Of a stretch of DNA of 19,269 nucleotides, positions 1-7,797 are shown piece after piece (within the stretch, counting starts at the first letter, position 1; each line of letters opens with the position of its first letter). Location of the stretch: NCBI GenBank assembly GCA_964534375.1, contig CAZHPN010000123.1, positions 1-19,269 on the forward strand, written 5' to 3'. Under the pieces are notes generated by a model. It had not been told where the DNA came from and ran no database searches. It saw only the letters and a list, made by a program, of their open reading frames with translations. Source of the stretch: an uncultured bacterium (GTDB taxonomy: Bacteria > Lernaellota > Lernaellaia > Lernaellales > Lernaellaceae). Position numbers and translations under genes: made by a program.

Positions 1-174
1 GGCCACGCTTTCGCATTGCTCGGAGATCCTAAATCGACTTTGCCGTTGCCCTGGCCCACACGGTTGTTTCGCTTGCGCTGCCCCTTTGAATAGGATAGAA
101 GGCTCTCTTCGTCGTGCGAGAATTGCGAACGCGGCGAAGGCCCGGACCACCTGGTGTCCGGCGGAGGATGAAGA

Positions 175-420
175 GTGTTTGGGCGCAACAAGGAACGTCG
201 AATCGGAACCCAGCCGCTGCCGACGGTGGCGTGCCCGGTCTGCAAGGGCGTCTCGACTGTCCGCATGTCGGCGCGCGAGGCGAATGTCTGGCATGAGCGA
301 ATCAAATCGAGCGAACACGGCGCCGCCGAATCCGTGGATCGTCCGTGTTGGGCGTGCGACGGGAAGGGCCAGATACCGGTCGAACGCCGCAAGTCGCAGA
401 TCGGCCACTTCAGCCGCTGA
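175..420 (+). CDS. Small hypothetical protein with a DnaJ-like zinc-finger pair (CPVCKG...CWACDGKG), 81 aa
   Basis: GGAGG at 163-167, 7 nt before GTG 175; two CxxCxG motifs resembling the DnaJ CxxCxGxG repeat; overlapping frames look like shadow ORFs. Confidence 0.6.
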   Translation: MFGRNKERRIGTQPLPTVACPVCKGVSTVRMSAREANVWHERIKSSEHGAAESVDRPCWACDGKGQIPVERRKSQIGHFSR

Positions 421-586
421 CGGCCGAAAACATTCGCCGCCGCACCGGCATTTGGAGCCGCTTCGGGAGCGGGTAATAACTTTACAGCCGTAGACTGGAC
501 CACATATAAACGAGGATTATGTTTGGATTTTCAGACCGAGACCGGATGTTGATTTCAAACGGACTATCTCCAGTGGTCGCCGCGCC

Positions 587-917
587 ATGAAGAAAAAAAA
601 GCACGCTTCGTTCGATGCCGTCGAGATGCGCCGCCGCGCCGAGGAGAAGCTGCGGGAGAAGCAGGCCGGCGCCGCCGCGCAGCCCGGCGAGGCGGACGTG
701 AACATGCCGCTTCACGAATTGCAGGTCCGCCAGATCCAACTGGAGATGCAGAACGAGGAGTTGATTGCGTCGCGGGCTGAGATCGCGGCCGGGCGGAACG
801 CCTACGCCGAACTCTACGATTTCGCTCCCGTGGGCTATTTCACTTTGGCGCCCGACGGCGCGATCCGCTAGGTAAATCTAACCGGGGCGGGCCTGCTGGG
901 ACGAGAACGCGCCCGGC
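587..917 (+). pseudogene. Truncated PAS-domain sensor protein (N-terminal coiled coil plus start of PAS)
   Basis: LHELQVRQIQLEMQNEEL...YAELYDFAPVGYFTLAPDGAIR is the typical leader of many PAS kinases/diguanylate cyclases. In-frame TAG at 869-871 is followed by VNLTGAGLLGRERARL, which still matches the PAS pattern, and the similarity ends at the intron fragment near 918. Confidence 0.72.
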
Positions 918-1096
918 TGGCCGAATGCTTTCTTTGAAGGGCTTGGGCTGCACTCTCTTGCCACAGCCTACGCCAAAGAATGTCACTCCTTGAAAAGGTA
1001 CAACCACCAACCGGAGAGCCGTGGGCGGGAGATCCGCTCGCACGGTTCGGAGGCAGGGGGGGGGACCGACGCAAGTCGGTCCTTCCTACCCCCTAG
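918..1096 (+). mobile_element. 5'-truncated, degenerate group II intron remnant (end of RT/maturase ORF, domain V, domain VI)
   Basis: 918-998 reads WPNAFFEGLGLHSLATAYAKECHSLKR, like the C-terminus of group II intron-encoded proteins. 1016-1048 GAGCCGTGG-GCGG-GAGAT-CCGC-TC-GCACGGTTC folds as domain V with an AGC triad and 2-nt bulge. 1049-1096 gives a G-rich/C-rich domain VI hairpin (GGACCGAC-GCAA-GTCGGTCC) ending CCT-A-CCCCCTAG with a candidate branch A at 1088. Confidence 0.8.
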
Positions 1097-1112
1097 CCAT
1101 GACGCGGCGTCG

Positions 1113-1850
1113 TCACGCCCCGCCGAACGATTTGTTCATCTCGCCCCACATCTTTTCGATGGCGGCGGGATCGTCGTTCTTCATGATTTCGAAGGCCTTG
1201 GCGCGGGCGCCCTGTTTGATCGCGGCGAAGGTCGAGAGCTTGTAGCTGCCGAGCTTCTTCGCGGTCTCGACGGCGGCGGGGCGCAGCTCTTCGGCGGAGC
1301 AGACGCGGTCGACGAAGCCGCAGGCCTTGGCCATGTCGGCGGTGTATTTCTGCGGGTTGTAGGTCATGTCGCGGAAGGCCGGGGGCGGAGTGACTTCATG
1401 GAAGATGGCGACCATGCCGGGCAGGAACGGGATGTTGATTTCGATTTCCGGCAGGCGCAGGAAGCCGCGGTCGCCCTGCATGAAGCGGTAATCCATGCAC
1501 AAGGTGATGATCGCGCCCATGCCCGTGGCGTGGCCGTTGATCGCCGCGATCATCGGTTTCGGGAACGCGGTGACTTTCAGCATGAACGTGTTGAGCGATT
1601 TGAGGAATTCGAGCACCTTGCCTTTGTCGGCCATCGCGGTCTGCATCATCCATTCGAGGTGCAGGCCGTTCGAGAAGAACTTCTCGACGCCCGAGGTGAT
1701 GACGACGCCGCGCACTTCGCGATCGGCCGCGAGTTCGTCGAGCGCGGCGAAGATTTCCTGGTTGAAATCGAGCGTGAAGCGGTTCTGCGTTTCATGCCGC
1801 CAAACCATCACCGCGACCGGACCTTCTTTTTCGATTGCCAGATTTGCCAT
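1113..1850 (-). CDS. Enoyl-CoA hydratase/isomerase (crotonase) family protein, 245 aa
   Basis: Crotonase motifs KFFSNGLHL, FPKPMIAAINGHATGMG, DYRFM, LRLPEIEINIP. Start moved to ATG 1850 (MANLAIEKEG) because AAGGAG lies just upstream on the minus strand. Confidence 0.9.
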   Translation of the reverse strand: MANLAIEKEGPVAVMVWRHETQNRFTLDFNQEIFAALDELAADREVRGVVITSGVEKFFSNGLHLEWMMQTAMADKGKVLEFLKSLNTFMLKVTAFPKPMIAAINGHATGMGAIITLCMDYRFMQGDRGFLRLPEIEINIPFLPGMVAIFHEVTPPPAFRDMTYNPQKYTADMAKACGFVDRVCSAEELRPAAVETAKKLGSYKLSTFAAIKQGARAKAFEIMKNDDPAAIEKMWGEMNKSFGGA

Positions 1851-1945
1851 CGGCCTGTGCTCCTTGCTGAAAGTGAAAGACGCCGAGATATTCGCGGGTC
1901 GCGCAAAAAAAGACAAGCGGGCGCCGCGGCCCTCGCGCGCACGGC

Positions 1946-2104
1946 TTTTTGACAGAATCGACAGGATGGATTTCAGGTTTTTTTGACAGGATCAACGGGA
2001 TCATTTCCGCAACCGCTGGTCTCGGGTCGGATCAACGCGAACGATGGTTTTCGCTGTTCACTGTTCACTGTTCGCTGATCCTGTTGATCCTGTCAAAAAA
2101 ATCC
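1946..2104. repeat. Intergenic inverted-repeat element built of 9-bp units (GACAGGATC-type) with an internal heptamer tandem
   Basis: 1978-2003 TTTTTTTGACAGGATCAACGGGATCA pairs with 2076-2101 TGATCCTGTTGATCCTGTCAAAAAAA (one G-T mismatch). There is an extra half copy at 1946-1967 and a CTGTTCA tandem at 2054-2073. Confidence 0.75.
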
Positions 2105-2125
2105 TCAAGAAATCGCCGCAAAGTC

Positions 2126-3385
2126 TCACGCACCGCGAATCGCGCGGCGGATTTGGGGCGTCAGACGGGCGAACCACGCCGCGCCCAAAAGCATCGCCAC
2201 GCCGCTGAGCAGCAGCGTCCGCGGCGCGCCGATCGTTGCGGCCAGCGAGCCGGCCAGCAGCGAGCCGAGCGGCGACATGCCGAGCAGCGCCATCGCGAAG
2301 AAGCCCATGATGCGCCCTCGTTTCTCGTCCGGCACGACCGTTTGCAGGACCGTATTGCACGCGGCCGTTTCGGTCATCACCGCGAATCCGACCAGCGTCA
2401 GGATCGGCAGCGACAACCAGAGACTGCGCGAGAAGGAAAAGGCGACCAGCGCCGCGCCGAAGCCGCCCATCGCCACGCCGATCGCGGTCGCCAAACCGAC
2501 GACGTTGCGGCGCGCGGCCAGCGCCAGCGCGGCCGCGATCGCGCCAACGCCCACGGCGGCGGTCAGAAAACCGAACGTCTGCGCGTCGCCGTGGATGATT
2601 TGCTTCGTGACCACCGGCAACAGCACGTCGTAGGGAACGCCGACGAGGGCGGTCAGCGCCAGCACCAACAGAGCCGAGCGGATCGGCAGCGAGTGGAACG
2701 CGTAGGAAACGCCCGCTTGGAATTCGACGAAGGCCGGACTGGTTGCCGATGCGGCGGGGCGCGCCGCGATCCGCATCGCGCACAGCGACGCGAGCACGGC
2801 CACGTAGCTGAGGCCGTTCAGCAGGAAACACGCGCCTTCGCCCAGCGTCATAATCAGCAACCCGGCGACGGCCGGGCCGATCAGCGCGGCGGAGTTGAAC
2901 ATTAACGAATTGAGCGCAATCGCATTCGGCAGATCGTCGCGGTCGTCGACCATTTGCAAAACGAACGATTGGCGCGCCGGCGAATCGAAGCCGTGGATGA
3001 GGCCGAGCGCCAAGCTCAGCGCCAGCACGTGCCAGACATGCACGACGCCCGTCAGGGTAAGGGCCGCAAGGATCAGCGCCTGGATCATCGACGCGGCCTG
3101 CGTCACGATCAGCAACCGGCGGCGATCGACCCGGTCGGCCACGACGCCGGCGAACGGCGCCGCGAGAAAACCCGGAAATTGGCCGCAAAAGTTGACCAGG
3201 CCCAGCCAGAACGCCGAGCCGGTCATCCGGTACACCAGCCAATTGACCGCGATGCGCTGCATCATCGTGCCGATCAGCGACAGGCCCTGGCCGGCGAAAA
3301 ACAGGCGATAATTTCGCGAACGCATCGCGCGCCAGGCGAATTTCAGCCTGGCAATAACACCTTCCGGCGGGTTGGCGGCGGCCAT
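2126..3385 (-). CDS. Major facilitator superfamily transporter (EntS/MFS_3-like exporter), 419 aa
   Basis: RNYRLFFAGQGLSLIGTMMQ start, MFS motif A (GVVADRVDRRRLL), about 12 hydrophobic segments, PDEKRGRIMG in the C-terminal half. Start chosen at ATG 3385 (MAAANPPEG). Confidence 0.92.
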   Translation of the reverse strand: MAAANPPEGVIARLKFAWRAMRSRNYRLFFAGQGLSLIGTMMQRIAVNWLVYRMTGSAFWLGLVNFCGQFPGFLAAPFAGVVADRVDRRRLLIVTQAASMIQALILAALTLTGVVHVWHVLALSLALGLIHGFDSPARQSFVLQMVDDRDDLPNAIALNSLMFNSAALIGPAVAGLLIMTLGEGACFLLNGLSYVAVLASLCAMRIAARPAASATSPAFVEFQAGVSYAFHSLPIRSALLVLALTALVGVPYDVLLPVVTKQIIHGDAQTFGFLTAAVGVGAIAAALALAARRNVVGLATAIGVAMGGFGAALVAFSFSRSLWLSLPILTLVGFAVMTETAACNTVLQTVVPDEKRGRIMGFFAMALLGMSPLGSLLAGSLAATIGAPRTLLLSGVAMLLGAAWFARLTPQIRRAIRGA

Positions 3386-3525
3386 GTTTGAACTCGGCGC
3401 GGCCCGCTCGATCGTCGCAATCGAGCCGGTGCGCCAAGCGCTCCTTTTTGGTTGGCGAAGGCGGCAAATGCGCCGGTCAGATTTTGCACGCGCGCGCCGC
3501 GGAAGCAAGCCGAATTCGCTTTCGC

Positions 3526-3553
3526 TTGACACGCGGCCGACAAAGACCAAAAT
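3526..3553 (+). promoter_or_regulatory. Candidate sigma70 promoter for thyX
   Basis: TTGACA (3526-3531), 16 nt spacer, CAAAAT (3548-3553), about 65 nt upstream of the thyX start. Confidence 0.35.
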
Positions 3554-3617
3554 GAATTTTTGCCGTTCCGCAAATCTTGAGCGAAATTCACGAGCGACCC
3601 ACGGAGGCGCAGCGCGC

Positions 3618-4451
3618 ATGGCCCACGTCGTCAACGAAGCAGCCGAAAAGATTCTCGACCAAACGTTCCCCGTGCTCGACCACGGTTTCGTCCGCCTGGT
3701 GGATTACCTCGGCGGCGACCTGCGCATCGTGCAGGCCGCGCGCGTTTCCTACGGCCGCGGCTCGAAGGGCGAGGAAAAAGACCGCGAGTTGATCGACTTC
3801 CTGCTGCGCCACGACCACACCTCGCCGTTCGAGCAGGTCGTGTTCACCTTCGACGTGAAAATGCCGATCTTCGTCGCCCGGCAGTGGATTCGCCACCGCA
3901 CCGCGCGCATCAACGAGGTGTCGGGGCGCTACCGCAAGATGCCCGACGAGTTTTACGTGCCCGAGGACGAGAAAATTCATCTGCAAAACAAGGACAACCG
4001 GCAGGGCCGCGACGAAAAGCTGCTGGCCCCGTTGGAAGTGCGCGCGACCGTTCGCAGCCGGATGGAAGAGCACAACAAGCAGGCGTACGAGCATTATCGC
4101 TTCATGCTGAAGAACGACATCTCGCGCGAAGTGGCGCGCATTGCGCTGCCGCTGTCGCTCTACACCGAGTTTTATTGGCAGATGGACTTGCACAATCTGT
4201 TTCACTTCCTGCGGCTGCGGCTCGACGACGAGGCGCAACTCGAAATCCGCGAGTACGCCAAAGCCTTGGCCGAAATCGTCAAAATCGTCACGCCGTGGGC
4301 GTGGGACTCGTTCGAAAATCACATCCTAAAGGGCGCGCGGATTTCGGCCGACGAGGCGGCGGCGATCAAGAAAATGATTGCCGGCCAGGAAACGGGCTTC
4401 AGCGAGGAGCGCACGCGCGAACTGCGGAAGAAGCTGCGCCTGGAAAGTTGA
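3618..4451 (+). CDS. thyX: FAD-dependent thymidylate synthase ThyX, 277 aa
   Basis: VLDHGFVRLVDY, IVQAARVSYG, HTSPFE, ThyX signature RQWIRHRTARINEVSGRY, REVARIALP, LHNLFHFLRLR..AQLEIR; GGAGG at 3603-3607 before ATG 3618. Confidence 0.97.
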   Translation: MAHVVNEAAEKILDQTFPVLDHGFVRLVDYLGGDLRIVQAARVSYGRGSKGEEKDRELIDFLLRHDHTSPFEQVVFTFDVKMPIFVARQWIRHRTARINEVSGRYRKMPDEFYVPEDEKIHLQNKDNRQGRDEKLLAPLEVRATVRSRMEEHNKQAYEHYRFMLKNDISREVARIALPLSLYTEFYWQMDLHNLFHFLRLRLDDEAQLEIREYAKALAEIVKIVTPWAWDSFENHILKGARISADEAAAIKKMIAGQETGFSEERTRELRKKLRLES

Positions 4452-4484
4452 TCATTAACCTTCGGTTTCCCGGTGATAGATTTC

Positions 4485-4540
4485 GACAGGACAGACAGGA
4501 TCGGCAAGCGCCATATTCTGTGAATGCCGTGAATCCTGAA
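4485..4540. repeat. Degenerate copy of the 9-bp-unit element (GACAGGACA GACAGGATC ... GTGAATGCC GTGAATCCTG)
   Basis: Same GACAGGA unit as 1951-2003, located directly after the thyX stop; pairing between the arms is only partial. Confidence 0.4.
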
Positions 4541-4688
4541 CCTCTTGAAAAAAATACAGGCTCAGCAAGCGGCGCTATTCGACGCATCGCGGATGTTAAG
4601 GCAGCGCGAATGCGGGTACGCCCTTTGGTTCATCAGTCGCGCGACGGCGCGAATCACATATTGGGCGGCGTTTGCCGACCAATCGCGA

Positions 4689-4746
4689 GCCCCTCTCCGC
4701 GTCGGGGAGGGGCAGGCCACGCTCCGAGCGTGGCCGGGGAGGGGTC
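4689..4746. repeat. REP-like palindromic element (two stacked hairpins)
   Basis: GCCCCTCTCCG-CGT-CGGGGAGGGGC (4689-4713), then a perfect palindrome GGCCACGCTC-C-GAGCGTGGCC (4715-4735), then GGGGAGGGG. Confidence 0.6.
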
Positions 4747-4795
4747 GCGCTTTGCAGCGAATTTCCCGACGCAGGCCCAGGCCGGGCCTTCGGCC

Positions 4796-4825
4796 TTGAC
4801 TTTGCCCCGAGCCCGGGCGGATTAT
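4796..4825 (+). promoter_or_regulatory. Candidate sigma70-like promoter for the DUF1566 lipoprotein
   Basis: TTGACT (4796-4801), 18 nt spacer, GATTAT (4820-4825). Confidence 0.3.
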
Positions 4826-4863
4826 CCAAGCAATTCCGAAGCATTTGGCAAAGGGAGGGCAGG

Positions 4864-5733
4864 ATGAAGGCGAGGGCTGTTTCACTGTGGGCGCTGGCGC
4901 TTCTTCTCGGGCTGGCCGTCGCCGTGGCGGCATCGTGCGGCACATTCGGCGGATCGAGCAGCAGCGCCGCCGCCGATGACGACGATAATGACGACGCCGC
5001 GCCGGACGACGACTCCTCGCCGAGCGACGACGACACGGCGACGGACGACGACGACGACACGTCGCCGGCGGATGACGACGACGACAACGACGACAACGAC
5101 AACGACGGCGACGACAACGATAATGACGACAATGACGATAACGACGATGACAACGACGATAACGACAATGACAACGACGATTCCTCGCCGACCGACGACG
5201 ATGACGACGACGATTCCGCCGCGGGGCTCAACTGCAACAACGACGGCAGCGTCTGCACGGATCCCAGCACGGGTTTGATCTGGCAAAACGGCGGGGGCGT
5301 CGGAGCCAATTCGTACAACTGGCTGGACGCGCAGAGTTACTGCGAGGGCCTGAGCTGGGGCGGGATGACCGGCTGGGCCTTGCCGGACATCGACGCGCTG
5401 CGCAGCCTGATCCGCGGGTGCGCCGCCACGTACACGGGCGGCACGTGCGGCGTGACCGACAGTTGCCTGAGCGATGCGAGTTGTTGGAACGACACGTGCA
5501 CGGGTTGCAGCTATCTGGGCGGTCCGGGGTCGGACGGCGCCTACTGGCCGCCGGCGATCACGGGCGACCCCTTCGATTGGTATTGGTCGTCCTCGGCCGT
5601 CGCGGACCAAAGCGGCGACGCGTGGGGCATCGGCTTCACCACCGGCTACGTCTACGGCGGCATCACGCAGGGCTCCAGCCACTACGCGCGGTGCGTGATG
5701 CAGCCGGGGCGCCGCCCGAATACGCCGGGATAA
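4864..5733 (+). CDS. Lipoprotein with Asp/Asn-rich linker and C-terminal DUF1566 (Lcl C-terminal) domain, 289 aa
   Basis: AGGGAGG RBS then ATG 4864; signal peptide MKARAVSLWALALLLGLAVAVAAS-C (Cys25); about 80-aa D-rich linker; DUF1566 motifs TDPSTGLIWQ, WLDAQSYC, GWALPDIDALRSL, WYWSSS, AWGIGFTTG, ARCV. Confidence 0.87.
   Translation: MKARAVSLWALALLLGLAVAVAASCGTFGGSSSSAAADDDDNDDAAPDDDSSPSDDDTATDDDDDTSPADDDDDNDDNDNDGDDNDNDDNDDNDDDNDDNDNDNDDSSPTDDDDDDDSAAGLNCNNDGSVCTDPSTGLIWQNGGGVGANSYNWLDAQSYCEGLSWGGMTGWALPDIDALRSLIRGCAATYTGGTCGVTDSCLSDASCWNDTCTGCSYLGGPGSDGAYWPPAITGDPFDWYWSSSAVADQSGDAWGIGFTTGYVYGGITQGSSHYARCVMQPGRRPNTPG
4975..5214 (+). repeat. Low-complexity GAC/GAT/AAC coding repeat (poly-Asp/Asn linker with DDDSSP/DDDTSP units)
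   Basis: Directly visible trinucleotide run encoding D/N tracts. Confidence 0.9.
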
Positions 5734-5756
5734 CCGATCTTTCGCCGACGCCGCAC

Positions 5757-5785
5757 TCGACAATCCGTTCGACATTTGGTACAAT
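5757..5785 (+). promoter_or_regulatory. Candidate sigma70 promoter with extended -10 for the Cys-repeat genes
   Basis: TCGACA (5757-5762), 17 nt spacer, TACAAT (5780-5785) preceded by TGn. Confidence 0.55.
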
Positions 5786-5859
5786 CTTGTCACGGTATCT
5801 GGTTCGCGCAGCCTTGAGTCGCCGTCCTTAGTCAGCCGGCGAGAAGCGGAGGTCAGCCG

Positions 5860-7704
5860 ATGCGTTCCTTCAGCAAATACGTTGCGTTCCTGGCTCTATG
5901 CACAGTGCTGGTGATTTTCCCCGGCGCCGCCAAGGTCCAGGCCGCCGTTCCGGACGGCGTTGCCGTTTCCGTGATCAATACGGATGCGATGTCGGCATTT
6001 GTGGAGAATTTTCCGGGAATTGCGCGAGTGATTCGGTTCAATAAACAGGCGCTCTTCATTCTGGAAGACGGCTTGGTGTGGGAATTTACGGATGTGACGG
6101 ACGCCGGCATCGTCATTCGGCCCAACAGCCAAATCCTGGCGGTCGTGGCGGAGATGCGGCGCGGCGATTATTTGATCAGCCCGTATACGCAGTCGCGGCA
6201 GATCCGCAGCATCGAAATTTCCCCGGAAACCATCTATTTGGCCGCGCCGGTCATGGAAAAGCCGGCCGGGGCTCGCGGCGACAAGGACAAGGACCAGTTT
6301 GTCGGGAACGATTCCTGGCCTTTCGACGTGCCGATCATCAACGAGCAAAACATCACGCTGTTCGATTTGCCGATCGACGGCGTGCCCGTGACCCTCATCG
6401 CCAACAACCTGATCATCGAGTATTCGGGCAGCCTCGACCTCGGCTACAACTTCAATGTGCTGCCGCCCGACATCGATTACCTGCTCATGGAATTCGATTC
6501 GGATTTGGCGGTGACGATCGACTACACGGCGTTGGTGGGCGGAAAACTCAATTATGACTTCAATCTGATCAATATCAGCATCCCTGTTTTCTCGGTCGGT
6601 TATGCGACGGTCGACGTGACCGTGGCGCTGCCGACCACGCTGGTGACGGACGGCGCGGTGTGCCTGGGCGGCGGCGTCGCGTTCAATTACGGGTTCCAGG
6701 CGGGCGTCGAGATTCAGGAAGGGAATGTCGAGCCCATTTGGGCCTCGTCCCCCGGCAATTTCAACAACCTCGACCCGAGCTACGGCGCCGAAGCCGATGC
6801 GAATCTGAAGACGACCGTCAATATCGGCGTCTCCGCGGAAGTCGGGATCCCGGATGTGGTCACTCTGGTTTCCGCGGCCCTGACGCTGGGGCCCTATGTG
6901 GAAACGGTCGGCACGGAAACCCCGTGCAGTTGGCAGCTCAATACGGATATCAGCGCCGCCCTGGAGATCGTCGAGTTCACCGGCTTGCTTTGCCCCAAGG
7001 GCAAGTGCGACTGGACGTTGTTTGACGCCCAAGTGTATTCGAGCACGGTCGCCTGTAGCGACCTGACGGACAACTGCATTTGCGACTCCGAAGTTTGCAG
7101 CAAAGGGTGCTGCAACGGGAAAAGCTGCATGCCGGGAACGGCGGACGACGCCTGCGGCACGGCCGGCGCGGCCTGCGTGACCTGCGGGGCCATGCAGCAT
7201 TGCGAAAGCGGCAAGTGCGTCGCCGCGTGCGACGCGGGTCTCTGTCCGACCGGGTGCTGCGACGGCACGACCTGCGAACCCGGGACGTCCGCCGGACAAT
7301 GCGGCGACAAGGGCGCCACGTGCGCGCAGTGCGGCGCGAACGAGATCTGCGCCGGCCAGCAATGCACCGCGGTGTGCGACAAGACGCAGTGTCCGCTCGG
7401 TTGCTGCAATGGCACGCAGTGCGAGCCGGCGGGCGACACCAACGAAGCGTGCGGCACGGGCGGCGGCATCTGCAAGACCTGCGGCCCGGGCACGCATTGC
7501 TCGGGCGGCGACTGCGTGGCCGGCGCCGACGACGACGACAATTCGCCGGACGACGACACGTCGCCCGACGACGACACCATGGCCGACGACGACACGATGG
7601 CCGATGACGACACGGTTGACGACGACACGTCTCCCGTCGATGACGACGCCTCGCCGGCCCCTCGCCACGGCGGCACGAGTTCGAGCGGCGGCTGCGGCTG
7701 CTGA
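5860..7704 (+). CDS. Exported protein: signal peptide, uncharacterised beta-rich domain, three 10-Cys repeats, Asp-rich linker, C-terminal SSSGGCGC; 614 aa
   Basis: GGAGG RBS; SPI-like MRSFSKYVAFLALCTVLVIFPGAAKVQA; repeats at 7081-7527 (CDSEVCSKGCC..., CDAGLCPTGCC..., CDKTQCPLGCC...); tail at 7528-7704. Confidence 0.87.
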   Translation: MRSFSKYVAFLALCTVLVIFPGAAKVQAAVPDGVAVSVINTDAMSAFVENFPGIARVIRFNKQALFILEDGLVWEFTDVTDAGIVIRPNSQILAVVAEMRRGDYLISPYTQSRQIRSIEISPETIYLAAPVMEKPAGARGDKDKDQFVGNDSWPFDVPIINEQNITLFDLPIDGVPVTLIANNLIIEYSGSLDLGYNFNVLPPDIDYLLMEFDSDLAVTIDYTALVGGKLNYDFNLINISIPVFSVGYATVDVTVALPTTLVTDGAVCLGGGVAFNYGFQAGVEIQEGNVEPIWASSPGNFNNLDPSYGAEADANLKTTVNIGVSAEVGIPDVVTLVSAALTLGPYVETVGTETPCSWQLNTDISAALEIVEFTGLLCPKGKCDWTLFDAQVYSSTVACSDLTDNCICDSEVCSKGCCNGKSCMPGTADDACGTAGAACVTCGAMQHCESGKCVAACDAGLCPTGCCDGTTCEPGTSAGQCGDKGATCAQCGANEICAGQQCTAVCDKTQCPLGCCNGTQCEPAGDTNEACGTGGGICKTCGPGTHCSGGDCVAGADDDDNSPDDDTSPDDDTMADDDTMADDDTVDDDTSPVDDDASPAPRHGGTSSSGGCGC

Positions 7705-7797
7705 CGCGATAGTAATTTCGTCTTGACAGGTGGGCGCATGCCTTCCGGAAATTATCGTTGGGGAGTCGACGTAGTCCCGCCCACGAAGGAGTGGTCG

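Noticed and set aside
869..871. Pyrrolysine/amber read-through in the PAS ORF
   Set aside because: Read-through would add only 21 further codons before TGA 935-937, partly intron-derived. Simple pseudogenisation explains it better.
990..1952. 320-aa plus-strand ORF in frame with the intron peptide
   Set aside because: It only continues the decayed intron frame through DV/DVI and then antisense to the crotonase gene.
3372..3617. Longer N-terminal extensions in the ORF track (thyX from 3372, MFS from 3634, and similarly 4672, 7723, 12177, 14360, 18310)
   Set aside because: Downstream ATGs have RBSs, signal peptides or family-typical N-termini, while the extensions overlap neighbouring genes or regulatory DNA.
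4545..4799. 84-aa ORF or nuclease remnant between thyX and the lipoprotein
   Set aside because: TTG start without a clear RBS, no recognisable motifs, and it runs through the REP-like palindromes.
918..5733. Diversity-generating retroelement (RT fragment plus DUF1566 target)
   Set aside because: The RT-related piece is followed by group II intron domains V/VI, and no TR/VR repeat pair or Avd-like gene is visible.
7723..7758. TTGACA upstream of the 7798 gene as an internal promoter
   Set aside because: No acceptable -10 hexamer at 16-18 nt spacing.
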